Shown: piece by piece, positions 1 to 9,574 of the stretch
How positions within the stretch are numbered: the stretch's first letter is position 1
How the letters are laid out: the number at the start of each line of letters is the position of its first letter
NCBI GenBank assembly: GCA_963928055.1
Contig: CAWVDN010000001.1
Span: forward strand, 586,441 to 650,440
Length of the DNA stretch: 64,000 bases
Reading direction: 5' to 3'
Source of the DNA: Candidatus Scatomonas sp.
GTDB taxonomy: Bacteria; Bacillota; Clostridia; Lachnospirales; Lachnospiraceae
Position numbers and translations under genes: made by a program
Notes under the pieces: generated by a model
The model's database searches: none
Seen by the model: only the letters and a program-made list of their open reading frames with translations
What the model was told of the DNA's origin: nothing

Positions 1-60
1 TGCTTTTTGCGTATTCCCCGTGGCGCTCCAGTATACGCCCCATACCTTTTCAATCTTCAT
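1..60 (-). CDS. 5' part of a flavodoxin-domain/4Fe-4S ferredoxin-like protein (runs off the window)
   Basis: ATG at 60 behind a GAAGGAGG RBS; translates MKIEKVWGVYWSATGNTQKA, a flavodoxin-type S-x-T-G-N-T loop. Confidence 0.55.
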   Translation of the reverse strand, partial: MKIEKVWGVYWSATGNTQKA

Positions 61-318
61 CCATAACCCTCCTTCTGGTGGCAATGGCCTTTTCTATTTT
101 TCACGCACTTTTCCTTTCAAGCGTTTATCCCTGGTCCCTTGTAAAACAAAAATCCACCGCTAATACAAAACTTTTTCTGGCTTACCGCAGATATGACGGA
201 AACTACCGTCAATTTCCAACTTATACGTTTCCTATCCAGAAACAATCCAACTTTTGACACATTTTACTCGGCCATCACCTCGATCTTCATGACCCCATCC
301 TGAATCAGTATAAACAGA

Positions 319-1821
319 CTTTCTGCTTACGCGCCTCATATAAGGCGTGACTGGTCAGGTCCATGTTGAACACACCCGCATTGGATTTCTACTCACACGC
401 CTCTCGCGAGGCGTGACCGAAACTTGATATTTCAAAAAATGTTCGTGGACATTTCTACTCACACGCCTCTCGCGAGGCGTGACCACAGCGACCTACAACG
501 TGAATCGAAAAAAGAATATTTCTACTCACACGCCTCTCGCGAGGCGTGACCTTCGCCCGAATATGCACAACATGAGCAATCAAGATTTCTACTCACACGC
601 CTCTCGCGAGGCGTGACTGTCGGCATATTCATTATGATTTCTCGTATTTTATTTCTACTCACACGCCTCTCGCGAGGCGTGACTGCCCTGGCAACTTTCT
701 CATCGGTCTCTTTTACCTTATTTCTACTCACACGCCTCTCGCGAGGCGTGACCGTCAGGGTGGTGTCGTTGGCGGAGTCTCCCGGGATTTCTACTCACAC
801 GCCTCTCGCGAGGCGTGACGGCCGCCTGCCCGGCTCCATGTCGGCCGTGATGGATTTCTACTCACACGCCTCTCGCGAGGCGTGACTTTCTCAAAGGCTC
901 TCTTTGCAGTTTCCTCAAGATTTCTACTCACACGCCTCTCGCGAGGCGTGACGCCTATTTAGGCGTATAATAAAACCATAAACAAAATTTCTACTCACAC
1001 GCCTCTCGCGAGGCGTGACGTGCCTTCTCCCAGTGCCTCTCTGATTTCACCAATTATTTCTACTCACACGCCTCTCGCGAGGCGTGACGGATTTCAGGGC
1101 GCTTGCCAGCCTCGGGTGCAGTAATTTCTACTCACACGCCTCTCGCGAGGCGTGACAAAAAATGAAAAATGAAGTGGTGAAAAGTTATAATTTCTACTCA
1201 CACGCCTCTCGCGAGGCGTGACTGATCAAAAACGTGCTGGATGAATCCGAGAACATTTCTACTCACACGCCTCTCGCGAGGCGTGACGATAGACCCTGGG
1301 GCTGTCCGGCCCTGAGCGTACAATTTCTACTCACACGCCTCTCGCGAGGCGTGACCCAGGATCACCAGATCATCCAAACCTTCAACCGATTTCTACTCAC
1401 ACGCCTCTCGCGAGGCGTGACTTGTTAGAGGCCCAAGGCCTTTTCGATAGCTCCGATTTCTACTCACACGCCTCTCGCGAGGCGTGACGGAGTACCCGAT
1501 CGCAATGACCGTGGAAGCGCAATTTCTACTCACACGCCTCTCGCGAGGCGTGACTCCCGGACGGGATCGCCATGAAATATCTGTCCGGATTTCTACTCAC
1601 ACGCCTCTCGCGAGGCGTGACATATCTTGACAAGTTACGGAAATGTGATATACTAGATTTCTACTCACACGCCTCTCGCGAGGCGTGACTTTATGCACCT
1701 GTTCCTTTTTGCCGGCTTTCATATTTCTACTCACACGCCTCTCGCGAGGCGTGACTTCGTCCGGCCCGTAGGTTGTAGCGCGGCTGTTATTTCTACTCAC
1801 ACGCCTCTCGCGAGGCGTGAC
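319..1821 (-). CRISPR. Type I-C CRISPR array: 22 identical 33-bp repeats (GTCACGCCTCGCGAGAGGCGTGTGAGTAGAAAT on the minus strand), one degenerate trailer repeat (319-351), 22 spacers of 32-36 bp
   Basis: Repeat starts counted at 385,451,518,585,651,720,787,854,920,987,1056,1124,1190,1255,1323,1389,1456,1522,1589,1657,1723,1789. The repeat has a CACGCCTC/GAGGCGTG stem and a GAAAT 3' end. The degenerate copy lies distal to cas2, which fixes the orientation. Confidence 0.99.
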
Positions 1822-1975
1822 CGCTACAACTTGTAATCATAAGCATGCACACCCCAATATCTTGAGACGGACTATTTCTTACTTAATCTAATCTTGCATT
1901 TTAAATCTAAAAACAGACATTTTTTAGGCGAACCTCACGAGCTTACATAATCACCTCTACTTCGCCTTTTCCCTT
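1822..1975 (-). promoter_or_regulatory. CRISPR leader
   Basis: AT-rich non-coding segment between the cas2 stop and the first repeat; contains a GCGAA...GGTTCGC inverted motif. Confidence 0.8.
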
Positions 1976-2266
1976 CTAAATAATAATTACTCCTTCCGGA
2001 TCATATGTTTTTTTAGCCCCCACATGTTCCACTTTTCTTTTCCAGTTGTTTCCAAGATGGTAGAACCGTAAACTATCCTGTTCTGGATCAATCAACTTAA
2101 TCAGAGCATCTTTTAGTCGCAAGAAGGCAGAATAATCTAAATCCGCCTCAAACACCGAATTTTGTACCCGTTGAGCATGATTTTGACATTGCTTAGCCAC
2201 TTTACGCAGCCTGCTCTTACCTGCTGCGCTGGTAGTGCTGACATCATAACTAATTAAAACCATCAT
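1976..2266 (-). CDS. cas2: CRISPR-associated endoribonuclease Cas2
   Basis: 96 aa; MMVLISYDV...RLRKVAKQCQNHAQRVQNSVFE. Confidence 0.97.
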   Translation of the reverse strand: MMVLISYDVSTTSAAGKSRLRKVAKQCQNHAQRVQNSVFEADLDYSAFLRLKDALIKLIDPEQDSLRFYHLGNNWKRKVEHVGAKKTYDPEGVIII

Positions 2267-2275
2267 TTATTTTAC

Positions 2276-3298
2276 CTATTTTAATAGAAAAGGCGGATAG
2301 TTTTCCAGATCTCCCCGTACATATTTTGCGAGTAAATTACTCTGAACATAGGGAAGCAGTCCCAAAGGTATTTTTTGTGCTAAATAAGGATGTTTCATAT
2401 TTGTACGTTTTTTTTCCTGCCATCTGGATAAAACCTTTTTTCGTCCTGCCTCATTCAACCATACTGCACCGGAAACCTGTTTTTCAAAATCTCCTTCCCC
2501 GAGAATCTGAAGATTTAAAAGTGTAATTACAAATCTTTCAACAATGCATCTCGCCTCCTCCACCATGTCACATGCAAGCGAAATCCTTCCACTTCGCAAG
2601 GAATGGCAAAATCCAATATAACTGTCCAACCCCACCGTTTCCAACGCTGCCGCGAATTCCGCAGTAGCAAGGGTATAAACAAATGACAGCACTGCATTAA
2701 TCGGATCCAGAGGTGGTCTTTTCGTACGAAGATTAAACGTAAATGGAACTTTTTTATTAGTAATCAGCTTATTAAATAATGAAAAATATTTTTGCGCACA
2801 ATATCCCTCTATTCCTACTACTTCTTCTACACTATCCGCTTTAAAGACTTTTTCTATCCCCTCGACCAAAACTTCCAATACCTGGACTATTTCTTCATCA
2901 CCCCGCATTTCTGCGTTATCGTGAAGTGTTCTTTTTATTAGCTGCCTGGCATTGCTGAATTTAGCAGCCATAGTATTTTGAGCCAATTCCAATCCCGATT
3001 CCCGGAATTTATCAATCTGAGCGATCCGAAGGAAAACATTTCCTTTTGTCTCTCCACAAACTTTGGCCAAAAATTTTCCTTGAGGAGAAATAAAATTAAT
3101 AGGTATAGTTTTCCCTACGCATTTTCCCATCAACGCCGGAGAACAGCCAAGATAATTAAAGCAAACGATATTCTCAATATTTTCAAATGGGATCCGGAGT
3201 TTTATTTCGCCATCCACTTTACAGACCAGATTTTCACCATCCAGGGTCAAGTAGGCCATCTCATTTGTAACATATACAGTATTTAATAATTTTCTCAT
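2276..3298 (-). CDS. cas1: Type I-C Cas1
   Basis: 340 aa; MRKLLNTVYVT, GIEG, RPPLDPINAVLSF, LACDMVEE motifs. Confidence 0.97.
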   Translation of the reverse strand: MRKLLNTVYVTNEMAYLTLDGENLVCKVDGEIKLRIPFENIENIVCFNYLGCSPALMGKCVGKTIPINFISPQGKFLAKVCGETKGNVFLRIAQIDKFRESGLELAQNTMAAKFSNARQLIKRTLHDNAEMRGDEEIVQVLEVLVEGIEKVFKADSVEEVVGIEGYCAQKYFSLFNKLITNKKVPFTFNLRTKRPPLDPINAVLSFVYTLATAEFAAALETVGLDSYIGFCHSLRSGRISLACDMVEEARCIVERFVITLLNLQILGEGDFEKQVSGAVWLNEAGRKKVLSRWQEKKRTNMKHPYLAQKIPLGLLPYVQSNLLAKYVRGDLENYPPFLLK

Positions 3299-3969
3299 CT
3301 TTCGGCCCTCACAATTTTACGTATTTCTTCCTGAATGTTTCTGGCTGATTTTACGGATGGCATACATAAATCTTTCATAGAACAGCCGCTGCATTGTTGT
3401 TTTGCCCGGATTGCGGGAATTTTCCCTGCAAGCATATAAGTGCGCATCTCTTTCAACAACCCTTTCAGCCTCTCATCGTATGTAAAGTAGTTTTCTTTCA
3501 GCGGCAATGAAATTCTTTTCCTGACATCTGCATAGTAAAGTACACCGCTGCAATCTCCTCCAAATACATAATCCACACAGATTTTCTGTGCGAAAACCTG
3601 CAGCAGATCTTCTTCTCTATACAATTGATTTCCAGGTTTTGTCGGTTTATATTCCACAATACAGATTTTGTATTTTTCAGTACTTCCCGAAATAGAAACT
3701 CCATTCGGATCCTCTGTTACTTCCAGACAATCAGCGATTCCATACAAGTTATACTGTTCCAGGTCATTATAAATCGGAACAGAAGTGTATACCTTTTTCC
3801 CTCGGACGGAATAGTAATTCTCCGGATCATGAACTCGTCTGTGGAGCAGATCCGCCTTTGTCACAAAATAATTCTCAGCCCATGCTCTGTCAATCTCAAG
3901 CAACCCCCATCGGTGTGGACAGTAAATATAATGCTGAACCGATCGGATGGTTATTTCCTGGTTGCTCAT
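3295..3969 (-). CDS. cas4: Cas4
   Basis: 224 aa; YCPHRW, GIAD...VEYK RecB-type motif, C-terminal CSGCSMKDLC Fe-S ligands. Confidence 0.95.
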   Translation of the reverse strand: MSNQEITIRSVQHYIYCPHRWGLLEIDRAWAENYFVTKADLLHRRVHDPENYYSVRGKKVYTSVPIYNDLEQYNLYGIADCLEVTEDPNGVSISGSTEKYKICIVEYKPTKPGNQLYREEDLLQVFAQKICVDYVFGGDCSGVLYYADVRKRISLPLKENYFTYDERLKGLLKEMRTYMLAGKIPAIRAKQQCSGCSMKDLCMPSVKSARNIQEEIRKIVRAER

Positions 3970-4823
3970 ATTTTTTCCAGGAGTTCCACACCTTCCGGCA
4001 TTTCCCGATCAACGGATGTTTCATAATCGGTAAACGCTCGTGGCGGGACATCCGTTTTTTCCTGTACGGAAATTTTATCAAACAAAAGATGTGAAGGACA
4101 GTTTCCGAGAACATTACTGTGTTTGAAAACATACAGTTTACGCATACACATTTTCCCTCTTGCAGCGCTGTGGTCGTTTTCAAACATATTGATAATCGCA
4201 GTCCACAAAAGTTCCACATCTTCTTCAGAAAGATTCGTAAGTTTATTGGCAAGAGCTGCGGAAATATATCCTTCTGCCCGGTAAAGAGCATAGGGAATCA
4301 CGCTTTTTTTACCCATCTCTGTTTCTCCGGTTTCCTTTCGCTCCTCTGTAGTTCTGGCCTGTCTGGTAATAGTAACCTCCTGAATGTTAATAGGGGAAAT
4401 ACTTCTGGCAAAATTAATCTGCACAGGCCCCCGAACAATTCCGCAGGGATCCTCTCCGGTGGACATAACTGCTCCAAAGGCTCTTACATCAAAATAATTG
4501 CGGCACATATAATCTCTGGCCTGTTTAACATCATTCGGATTTTTACCTTTATTTTTCTTCTGCAGACCTTCTGCCTCATAGGCTTCTGTAAATTTTGTGT
4601 TCAAAGTTTTATCCGGTTTGATCAGGATATTATATCCCGGCACGCCCTCTCTGGAAAGTTCCACATAATTTCTGATTTTACGTTTTATACAGACATCGGT
4701 CACATATCCGTATCCTGATTCCGCATCAATCCTTGGCGAATTTCCAGCATCCGGATCCCCATTAGGATTTCCATTTTCCACATCAAATAACATTACAAAA
4801 TCATATCTGTTTTCCAGTGCCAT
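3966..4823 (-). CDS. cas7: Type I-C Cas7 (Csd2)
   Basis: 285 aa; NRYDF...NGNPNGDPDAGNSPRID, VRGPVQ, MFENDHSAARG. Confidence 0.97.
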   Translation of the reverse strand: MALENRYDFVMLFDVENGNPNGDPDAGNSPRIDAESGYGYVTDVCIKRKIRNYVELSREGVPGYNILIKPDKTLNTKFTEAYEAEGLQKKNKGKNPNDVKQARDYMCRNYFDVRAFGAVMSTGEDPCGIVRGPVQINFARSISPINIQEVTITRQARTTEERKETGETEMGKKSVIPYALYRAEGYISAALANKLTNLSEEDVELLWTAIINMFENDHSAARGKMCMRKLYVFKHSNVLGNCPSHLLFDKISVQEKTDVPPRAFTDYETSVDREMPEGVELLEKI

Positions 4824-6623
4824 TTACTCATCCTCCGTTTCTTCTTTTTTATCAAAAAAGCTCTGGTACTGCTGATAATATCCGATCATAAATTTCCCCT
4901 GATCTTTCAGGTAAAAATGATCTGGAAATTCCTGGCCCATCATGTCTATGATATTTCCTATCAGCACCTTATACTTGACAGGATTTTTCAGCTTTTTCAG
5001 GTGGTTTTGCGCCAGTCCGATTAATTTAGGAAATACCAGTACAGGCTTTGATGACGCAGAAGCGAAATAAGCGTCTTTAATTGTTCGATTTAGTGTGTTC
5101 TTCGAAGCATCCTGCTGCAATTTTTCCAGAACAGCGAATAATCTGCCGCATAGATACGCCGGATCATGATTTGATTTATCCAGTGCCACTTTTAACTCCT
5201 CCTTTTTTGCTTTTCTGTTAATACAGGCTTTGATAACACCCATTCGGATCTGCTGGCTGACTTTTCCGACCTCCCGGTCCGTCTGTACACGCCTTACTAT
5301 CGTACTCAGCAGCGCTTCCGGGCAAGGATTCCCATAAATGATTGCTTCAAATAATTTTGTCATCAATGCCGGATTCACTTTTTCATTGCTGCTTTTTGGT
5401 GAAATCATCTCCTTTTTAATACTGGAAAGAAATACCGGCTGTGCTTCTCTTATAATCTGTAAATCCTTTTGAAATTGTGCGATATTCCAAAGCACATCCG
5501 CATACTTTTTACGAATGGCAAATTTTACGGAAAGTCTGGAAGAATTCGGTTTCAATCCCACCATATAAAAGTCCACGTCCGAATGAAAAAAAACCGTTTT
5601 CAATCTATTATCGGTAATCCGCGCCTGTCCGGAATCTTCCCATACATTCTGCAACATTTCTTCCACCTGCTCTGTTCCCATCAGACCAGATCTGCCCAAC
5701 AGTATCTCCATGAACAGCGTTTCGTGATTTTCTTCTGGATTCATCGCCCAGAATATAATCGTCATATCATCCAAAATGACTTTATGTTTATTACTGCCCA
5801 GAAGATAATTTAAGGCTTCCGTATATTTTTTCATGGCGATTTCGGAGATTCCGCTGTTGTAGGACTGCTCATTCCCATAAGAATTTTCCGATTCATTATT
5901 GAACCCCACCAAAACACTTCCAGTAGCAAGTCCGCCGTAAACACCTTTTATTTTATTATGAATCCTGGCAATCGGCGCCTTCTGACCGGTTATCGCGCAC
6001 TGCGCGATTTTTATATCTTTCATATCTTCCAGCCGGTTTTTATATACAGTTCCCCATTTTTTCTTTACAGACTCTTCTTCATGCAGCAACAGATCCGGCC
6101 TTCCGGAAAGGCAGAAAGCAAAGCCTGCTTTTCCATATTCTTTCCCAAGCTTTAACAAATCTGGGTTTCCAATCTCCATCTCAGGATTCCAGGTTTCGAT
6201 AAATCTCCGGTACGCGTTGATCAATGGAGAATCCAGTCCTTCTAAAAATTTAAGATTAGTCTGCACAAAGGCCTCATGGGATTTTTTTGCCTTTCCTGTT
6301 CGATCTTCCGGATGAAACGTAAGGGTTTCATGGTCAAAATTTAAGCCGAAAATATATAAAGGACGGTGCTCGATGATATTCGCGTCTATCCCCGGCTTTT
6401 CTGTCCGTTCCGGCATAATCTCACCCTGTGGGATCGATCTTTCTTTTTTTTTCGTACCAATAATTACTTCTTCTGTATTCTGGTGGTTTAGTATGACGTC
6501 TATTTTTCCATCTTCTGTCAGCGCGATCAGATAATGAATCTTTACCTTTGAGTATCCTTCCGGAAGAACTTTTCCTGCTTTTGAAAGGATATCATAATAT
6601 CTGCATAATCCCTGGATCAGCAT
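4824..6623 (-). CDS. cas8c: Type I-C Cas8c (Csd1)
   Basis: 599 aa between cas5 and cas7; AYLCGRLFAVLEKLQQDA, Q+GKFMIGYYQQ C-terminal motifs. Confidence 0.93.
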   Translation of the reverse strand: MLIQGLCRYYDILSKAGKVLPEGYSKVKIHYLIALTEDGKIDVILNHQNTEEVIIGTKKKERSIPQGEIMPERTEKPGIDANIIEHRPLYIFGLNFDHETLTFHPEDRTGKAKKSHEAFVQTNLKFLEGLDSPLINAYRRFIETWNPEMEIGNPDLLKLGKEYGKAGFAFCLSGRPDLLLHEEESVKKKWGTVYKNRLEDMKDIKIAQCAITGQKAPIARIHNKIKGVYGGLATGSVLVGFNNESENSYGNEQSYNSGISEIAMKKYTEALNYLLGSNKHKVILDDMTIIFWAMNPEENHETLFMEILLGRSGLMGTEQVEEMLQNVWEDSGQARITDNRLKTVFFHSDVDFYMVGLKPNSSRLSVKFAIRKKYADVLWNIAQFQKDLQIIREAQPVFLSSIKKEMISPKSSNEKVNPALMTKLFEAIIYGNPCPEALLSTIVRRVQTDREVGKVSQQIRMGVIKACINRKAKKEELKVALDKSNHDPAYLCGRLFAVLEKLQQDASKNTLNRTIKDAYFASASSKPVLVFPKLIGLAQNHLKKLKNPVKYKVLIGNIIDMMGQEFPDHFYLKDQGKFMIGYYQQYQSFFDKKEETEDE

Positions 6624-7345
6624 CGCAGTTCCTCCCTGTATTTTTCTACATCTATCACGCCGTTTATCATATGCGGCCTGTAATAAACCGTTGAAGCCCG
6701 ATCCGAAAATCTGGGATTGTTCCAGTCATTATTAATAGGTTTTCCTCCGTCTTCAAACCTGACTTTATAACTCATATAACCCAGATCTACATCCCCCATT
6801 TTTAAAATCTCACTGCTGATCATCTGCTGATCAAATTCCTGTACCAACTCGATCCGTTTCACAGGAAATTCACTGCATCCGAGACAAGGGGTACGGAACC
6901 ACTGTCCTTTTTCCAATCGTCTTTTAATAATATTATAATGTTTGTTTTCCCCATCCGTCTCTGCTTCATTTTTCAAGCCGGTCAGTTCAAAATGAAATTC
7001 CACCCCGTATTTTACATTTTTCAAAACCATAGAGGCTCTTTGGCTCCGGCTTTCCGTGGAATAAATGCAGGGATCTCCTCCTTTTTTATTCATTTGACTT
7101 TTTACAGCGCTGAGCAGAACTTTATCTTTTACCTCATTTCTTCGGATATTGACAAAATCAATATTCTGGAAGACAATGATCTTGTCAATTACATACCGGA
7201 TCGCCGGCTTCCAGTAAACACTTTTCAGCAGGCCCTCCAGAGCTCCCGGAGTCGGCACATCATAGCTGACTCTTTCCACCTTAAGCTCCGGCCTGGTAAA
7301 GCATGCGTAATCGCCTTCTACCAGAATTTTAAATCCATAACTCAT
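6617..7345 (-). CDS. cas5: Type I-C Cas5 (Cas5d)
   Basis: 242 aa; GDYACFTRPELKVERVSYDVPTP. Confidence 0.96.
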   Translation of the reverse strand: MSYGFKILVEGDYACFTRPELKVERVSYDVPTPGALEGLLKSVYWKPAIRYVIDKIIVFQNIDFVNIRRNEVKDKVLLSAVKSQMNKKGGDPCIYSTESRSQRASMVLKNVKYGVEFHFELTGLKNEAETDGENKHYNIIKRRLEKGQWFRTPCLGCSEFPVKRIELVQEFDQQMISSEILKMGDVDLGYMSYKVRFEDGGKPINNDWNNPRFSDRASTVYYRPHMINGVIDVEKYREELRC

Positions 7346-7361
7346 TTTTTCACCCCTCTTT

Positions 7362-9560
7362 CTATTCTACAAAGTAGTCCTTTGCATCAAATTGAACACC
7401 TGTCTCTCTGTCATAATAATCCATATTTGTCAGGCAATAGATTCCTGTTCCATAATCATCCGCTGCATGCTGCCTCGCCAGATCTTCCAGTTCTTTTTGA
7501 TATAAAGTACAGGTATATTTTTGAAATTGTCTTGGGTTTCCGGTTTTTGTATACTTCAGTGTCTCTACCAGCATCCTGCTTCTGTCATCACATGGGATCA
7601 CCAGGGAAACTGTCTTATTATCTATAAATCCAAAATGCTCCGCATACCACGAAAAAGGAATGGAACGAATATCCGAACAGAACTGATGTATCGTGTATTT
7701 CTGAATTTCCTCCCGCTTCATAAAATACAATCTGTTGTAGTATGCTTGAATGCATTCACCTGCAGAGATGTCGTTAAATTCTTTTAGCAGACCTTTTGTC
7801 AGATTTGCCTTTTCATCTTCTGAATTTTCTTTCTCTCCCTCGTATAAGTCAAAAATAAACACCTCTGCATTATTTCTTTTGCCTTCTCTATTGCATCGGC
7901 CTCCTGCCTGAAGGATACTGTCTAATCCTGTCCGTTCTCTAAACACAGTATATACATCCAGATCCACGCCCGCCTCAATAAGAGAAGTAGATATAATTGT
8001 AATCCTTTTTCCCTCCGGTACATTCTGCAGATCTGGATAATCCTTTTCCAATTTTATTAATTCGCTTCGAATCTCCTGCAAGATCCTTTTTCGATCGCAA
8101 ACTGTCATATAAGTAGAAAGATGATATTTTTTTCCTTGTACCAGATAATACATATTTCTGGCAGTTTCCTTTTGATTTACTATGATCAGGGAAGACGGAT
8201 ACTGCCGACTTTTTGCAGCCAGTTCTTCTCTTGAAATTCTGTCCAAATACTTATAACTGCATTTTTGGAACACTTTGAAATCTGATTTATCCGGGATCAG
8301 ATCAATAATTTTGCTGTCCCTCAAAGCATATTCACGGATCAGCTGTTCAAAATCTGGCATGGTCGCTGTCAGAAATACTGCCTTACTGTGCAGATATCTG
8401 GTCAGAAATGCCACTGCCTGCAGACAGGCCTGAAGATACTTCCGCGGCATCAGGTGCGCTTCATCAAAGATCAATATGCTGTCTGCCATGTTATGCATTT
8501 TTCTTAATTTGCCTCGTTTATTTCCATAAACAGATTCAAAGAACTGGACAGCCGTAGTAATGATAAATGGTGCATCCCAATTCTCAGCGGCAACCCTGGC
8601 TGCCTCCCGATAATCCTCTGTAATATTTTCATCTTCTTCATAAGAAAATGTAGACTGGTGCCTTAAAATTTCCAGATTATCCCGGAACAGTTCTTCAAAC
8701 ACTTCTGCCGTCTGATCAATAATACTATTATAAGGAATAATATAAATAATTCTTTTTTTATCTGACGCTATAGCCTGTTCCAAAGCTATTTTTACACTTG
8801 CAAGTGTTTTTCCGCTTCCTGTCGGCATATTCAGAAGGTATATCTCTCCCTCTTTTCCAGCATTCTGAAACGCCTGTTTTTGCAGAACCGCCCGGGTTTT
8901 CTGCAATGGCGTGGAACATTGAAAAGATTGAAACAGTTTGTTTACTTGTTCCAGGCATGTCGAAAAATCTGCCTTAAGTCGACGCGGCAGCTCCCGGTCT
9001 TTACAAAAATCTGCCGTATCTGCAAAATCCGCATCCACAAGGCAGGAAAAAGTATATCTGGTCAGAAAAGCGAATTTATCAATCAAACGATTCATATCCT
9101 GTCCGCAGTCGCCGCACAAAAAACGTATCCATTCATTTTCTTCCAGTTTTGGAAATACTAATTCATTTTTATATTTACTGAAATCCTCAAATTTTTTCTG
9201 TAATCTTCCCTGTAATGTCGGATCCCCTGGCTCATCATTTACAAACCCTCCATCCGGGATCCCACCATGGTGTCCGGCGATGCAGTACTGCATCATCAAG
9301 CTGATTATAAACGGGTACTCTTCTCCCACCGCCAAGGATCCACAAGCCGAATGTTCTACTTTAATATTTTCCCCCCGGATCCTCCTTTGAAAGGAATGCT
9401 GATATTTCCCAATATCATGAGCGAGTCCTGCCGCATAATTAAACTTTTTCATTTCCGGTATCGCATAGGAACTGCACAGTTCCGCAGTATTTTCACAGTG
9501 CTCTTTCACGGACTGGACAGCCCCTGTCGCTTCGTTTATATGTGCAATATATGGTTCCAA
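7362..9560 (-). CDS. cas3: Cas3 HD nuclease-helicase (TTG start)
   Basis: 732 aa; HDIGK HD motif, HHGG, PTGSGKT Walker A, DEAH, QAGGRCNREG. Confidence 0.97.
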   Translation of the reverse strand: MEPYIAHINEATGAVQSVKEHCENTAELCSSYAIPEMKKFNYAAGLAHDIGKYQHSFQRRIRGENIKVEHSACGSLAVGEEYPFIISLMMQYCIAGHHGGIPDGGFVNDEPGDPTLQGRLQKKFEDFSKYKNELVFPKLEENEWIRFLCGDCGQDMNRLIDKFAFLTRYTFSCLVDADFADTADFCKDRELPRRLKADFSTCLEQVNKLFQSFQCSTPLQKTRAVLQKQAFQNAGKEGEIYLLNMPTGSGKTLASVKIALEQAIASDKKRIIYIIPYNSIIDQTAEVFEELFRDNLEILRHQSTFSYEEDENITEDYREAARVAAENWDAPFIITTAVQFFESVYGNKRGKLRKMHNMADSILIFDEAHLMPRKYLQACLQAVAFLTRYLHSKAVFLTATMPDFEQLIREYALRDSKIIDLIPDKSDFKVFQKCSYKYLDRISREELAAKSRQYPSSLIIVNQKETARNMYYLVQGKKYHLSTYMTVCDRKRILQEIRSELIKLEKDYPDLQNVPEGKRITIISTSLIEAGVDLDVYTVFRERTGLDSILQAGGRCNREGKRNNAEVFIFDLYEGEKENSEDEKANLTKGLLKEFNDISAGECIQAYYNRLYFMKREEIQKYTIHQFCSDIRSIPFSWYAEHFGFIDNKTVSLVIPCDDRSRMLVETLKYTKTGNPRQFQKYTCTLYQKELEDLARQHAADDYGTGIYCLTNMDYYDRETGVQFDAKDYFVE

Positions 9561-9574
9561 ACCAAAACTCCTTT

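Noticed and set aside
618-631. Spacer start TGTCGGCATATTCA matches cas3 at 8820-8833 (possible self-targeting)
   Set aside because: Only 14 nt, at the PAM-distal end of the crRNA, and the rest mismatches; a match of this length is plausible by chance. A full spacer-versus-window search could not be run
522-1800. Short ORFs within the CRISPR array (522-731, 613-885, 1234-1428, 1597-1800)
   Set aside because: They are translations of repeat-spacer units, with periodic TPRERRVSRN / LLTRLSRGVT peptides
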